Positions 31,211 to 32,000 of a stretch of 32,000 nucleotides of DNA are shown here, piece after piece. The notes below the pieces were generated by a model. That model made no database searches. It was not told the origin of the DNA and worked only from the letters and a program-made list of their open reading frames with translations. This stretch comes from Marinobacterium iners. Lineage in GTDB: Bacteria; Pseudomonadota; Gammaproteobacteria; Pseudomonadales; Balneatricaceae. Within the stretch, counting starts at the first letter, position 1; each line of letters begins with the position of its first letter. The stretch spans positions 806,774-838,773 of the forward strand of contig NZ_CP022297.1 of assembly GCF_017310015.1 (NCBI RefSeq). The letters run 5' to 3'. The position numbers were made by a program, and so were the translations under genes.

Positions 31211-32000
31211 TGCTACCCCTCTATAATTGGCAGACGCATGCGATTCCTTCGGGTGAGGATGCTCAGCGCCAGATTCAGCATAGGGGCTGTCATCCCGGCC
31301 TCTGGTTTGAGCGGTTTTTTAATCAGTATGATGATGAATTCGCGATTAGGGATACGGCAAAAAGCAGTTTCATTAAGGGATTAGCTGGTGGCTGTGGCAA
31401 TGCTCAGGCCTTGCAGCAAGCGTACCTGCGGCAGTCCGCGCTGGTGAAGGCGTGCAGTGGGGTAACAATTACCCTGCAGGCAGACTGGCATTTTGCCACC
31501 GGGCTGGGTAACCCGCATCCGGTGGAGAATGGATTTCTACTTCACCCAACACTGGCCGCGCCTTATTTGCCTGGCAGCAGTGTCAAGGGACTAGTACGCA
31601 GCTGGCTGGAGCAGAATCTCGGTGACAAGGCAGGCATGCTGTTTCACTGTCTGTTTGGCAGCGAAGATAAGGACCCCACTAAATGTCAGCAGGATTTTCA
31701 GGCTGGTGATGTGATTTTTTTTGATGCACTACCGGTACTGCCGGCCACGCTGCTCTTAGATACTATGACCCCGCACATGGGAGGTTGGTACGAAAAGGGC
31801 GGTACAGAGGATGTATCCATGGCTGCCAACCAGCCTGCCGACTGGCATGATCCCGTACCTGTGCCCTTTTTGGCGGCCAAAGAGCTGGTGCTGATGTTCA
31901 GTTTTGCACCTAGGAAAAGGGATGCTGATTCTGACCAGTTGATGCGACTTGTCGGCAAGGCGTTGCAGGATGCTTTGTTCCATGCTGGAGCCGGAGCCAA
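31210..32000 (+). CDS. cmr6: Type III-B RAMP protein Cmr6 (3'-truncated by the window edge)
   Basis: Hand-translated frame 1 from the ATG at 31210, which overlaps the cmr5 TGA. The sequence reads MLPLYNWQTH...HFATGLGNPHPVENGFLLHPTLAAPYLPGSSVKGLVRSWLEQ...DVIFFDALP...TPHMGGWY...HAGAGA. There is no stop before 32000, and the gene is absent from the ORF track for that reason. Confidence 0.85.
   Translation, partial: MLPLYNWQTHAIPSGEDAQRQIQHRGCHPGLWFERFFNQYDDEFAIRDTAKSSFIKGLAGGCGNAQALQQAYLRQSALVKACSGVTITLQADWHFATGLGNPHPVENGFLLHPTLAAPYLPGSSVKGLVRSWLEQNLGDKAGMLFHCLFGSEDKDPTKCQQDFQAGDVIFFDALPVLPATLLLDTMTPHMGGWYEKGGTEDVSMAANQPADWHDPVPVPFLAAKELVLMFSFAPRKRDADSDQLMRLVGKALQDALFHAGAGA

Larger units (their letters stand above)
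17389..32000 (+). mobile_element. Second integrative element carrying the repeat array and the type III-B cassette. Its right boundary lies beyond the window.
   Basis: A lambda-like xis->int->att arrangement, with the int 3' end 80 bp from the tRNA-Pro 3' half. AT-rich junction regions occur at 17434-17512 and 18856-19180. Confidence 0.55.

Overview
Calls rest on motif recognition by eye; no database search was run. The window reads as a bacterial (gammaproteobacterial-looking) accessory region made of two integrative elements. They abut a 45-nt 3' half of a tRNA-Pro(GGG) gene at 17389-17433.

LEFT PART (genes almost all on the minus strand):
- A tightly packed defence-type operon: an MmeI-family N6-adenine methyltransferase whose nuclease motif looks ablated, an embedded RelE/ParE-type toxin with HTH antitoxin, an SF2 DEAD/DEAH helicase translationally coupled to a T5orf172 (GIY-YIG-like) protein, and an AT-rich two-TM orphan gene.
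- About 2 kb (roughly 8300-10300) with no credible ORF. It is filled with phased short direct repeats and many different small palindromes and hairpins.
- A stand-alone ADP-ribosylglycohydrolase gene.
- A P4/PICI-like module: P4-type integrase, AlpA, a CHC2 zinc-finger primase-like protein, a P-loop replication ATPase, and small unknown genes.

RIGHT PART:
- A lambda-style xis->int->att arrangement.
- A striking head-to-tail array of 20 units of about 100 bp (19383-21349). Each unit carries a near-invariant 18-bp palindrome and a second hairpin that varies in sequence but keeps its structure.
- A plus-strand operon: a small CxxC...CxxC protein, a MoaA-like radical SAM enzyme with a C-terminal extension, a CARF protein of the Cas_NE0113 type, and a complete type III-B effector set (cmr1, HD-less cas10/cmr2 with intact GGDD, cmr3, cmr4, cmr5, cmr6). 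The cmr6 gene is truncated by the window edge.
- No CRISPR array, cas6 or cas1/cas2 is visible in the window.

Best candidates for something undescribed:
1. The radical-SAM plus CARF accessory pair of the array-less type III-B system.
2. The 100-bp hairpin repeat array just upstream of that system and co-oriented with it.
3. The split MmeI-like/helicase/T5orf172 module.
4. The 2-kb repeat-packed non-coding region.
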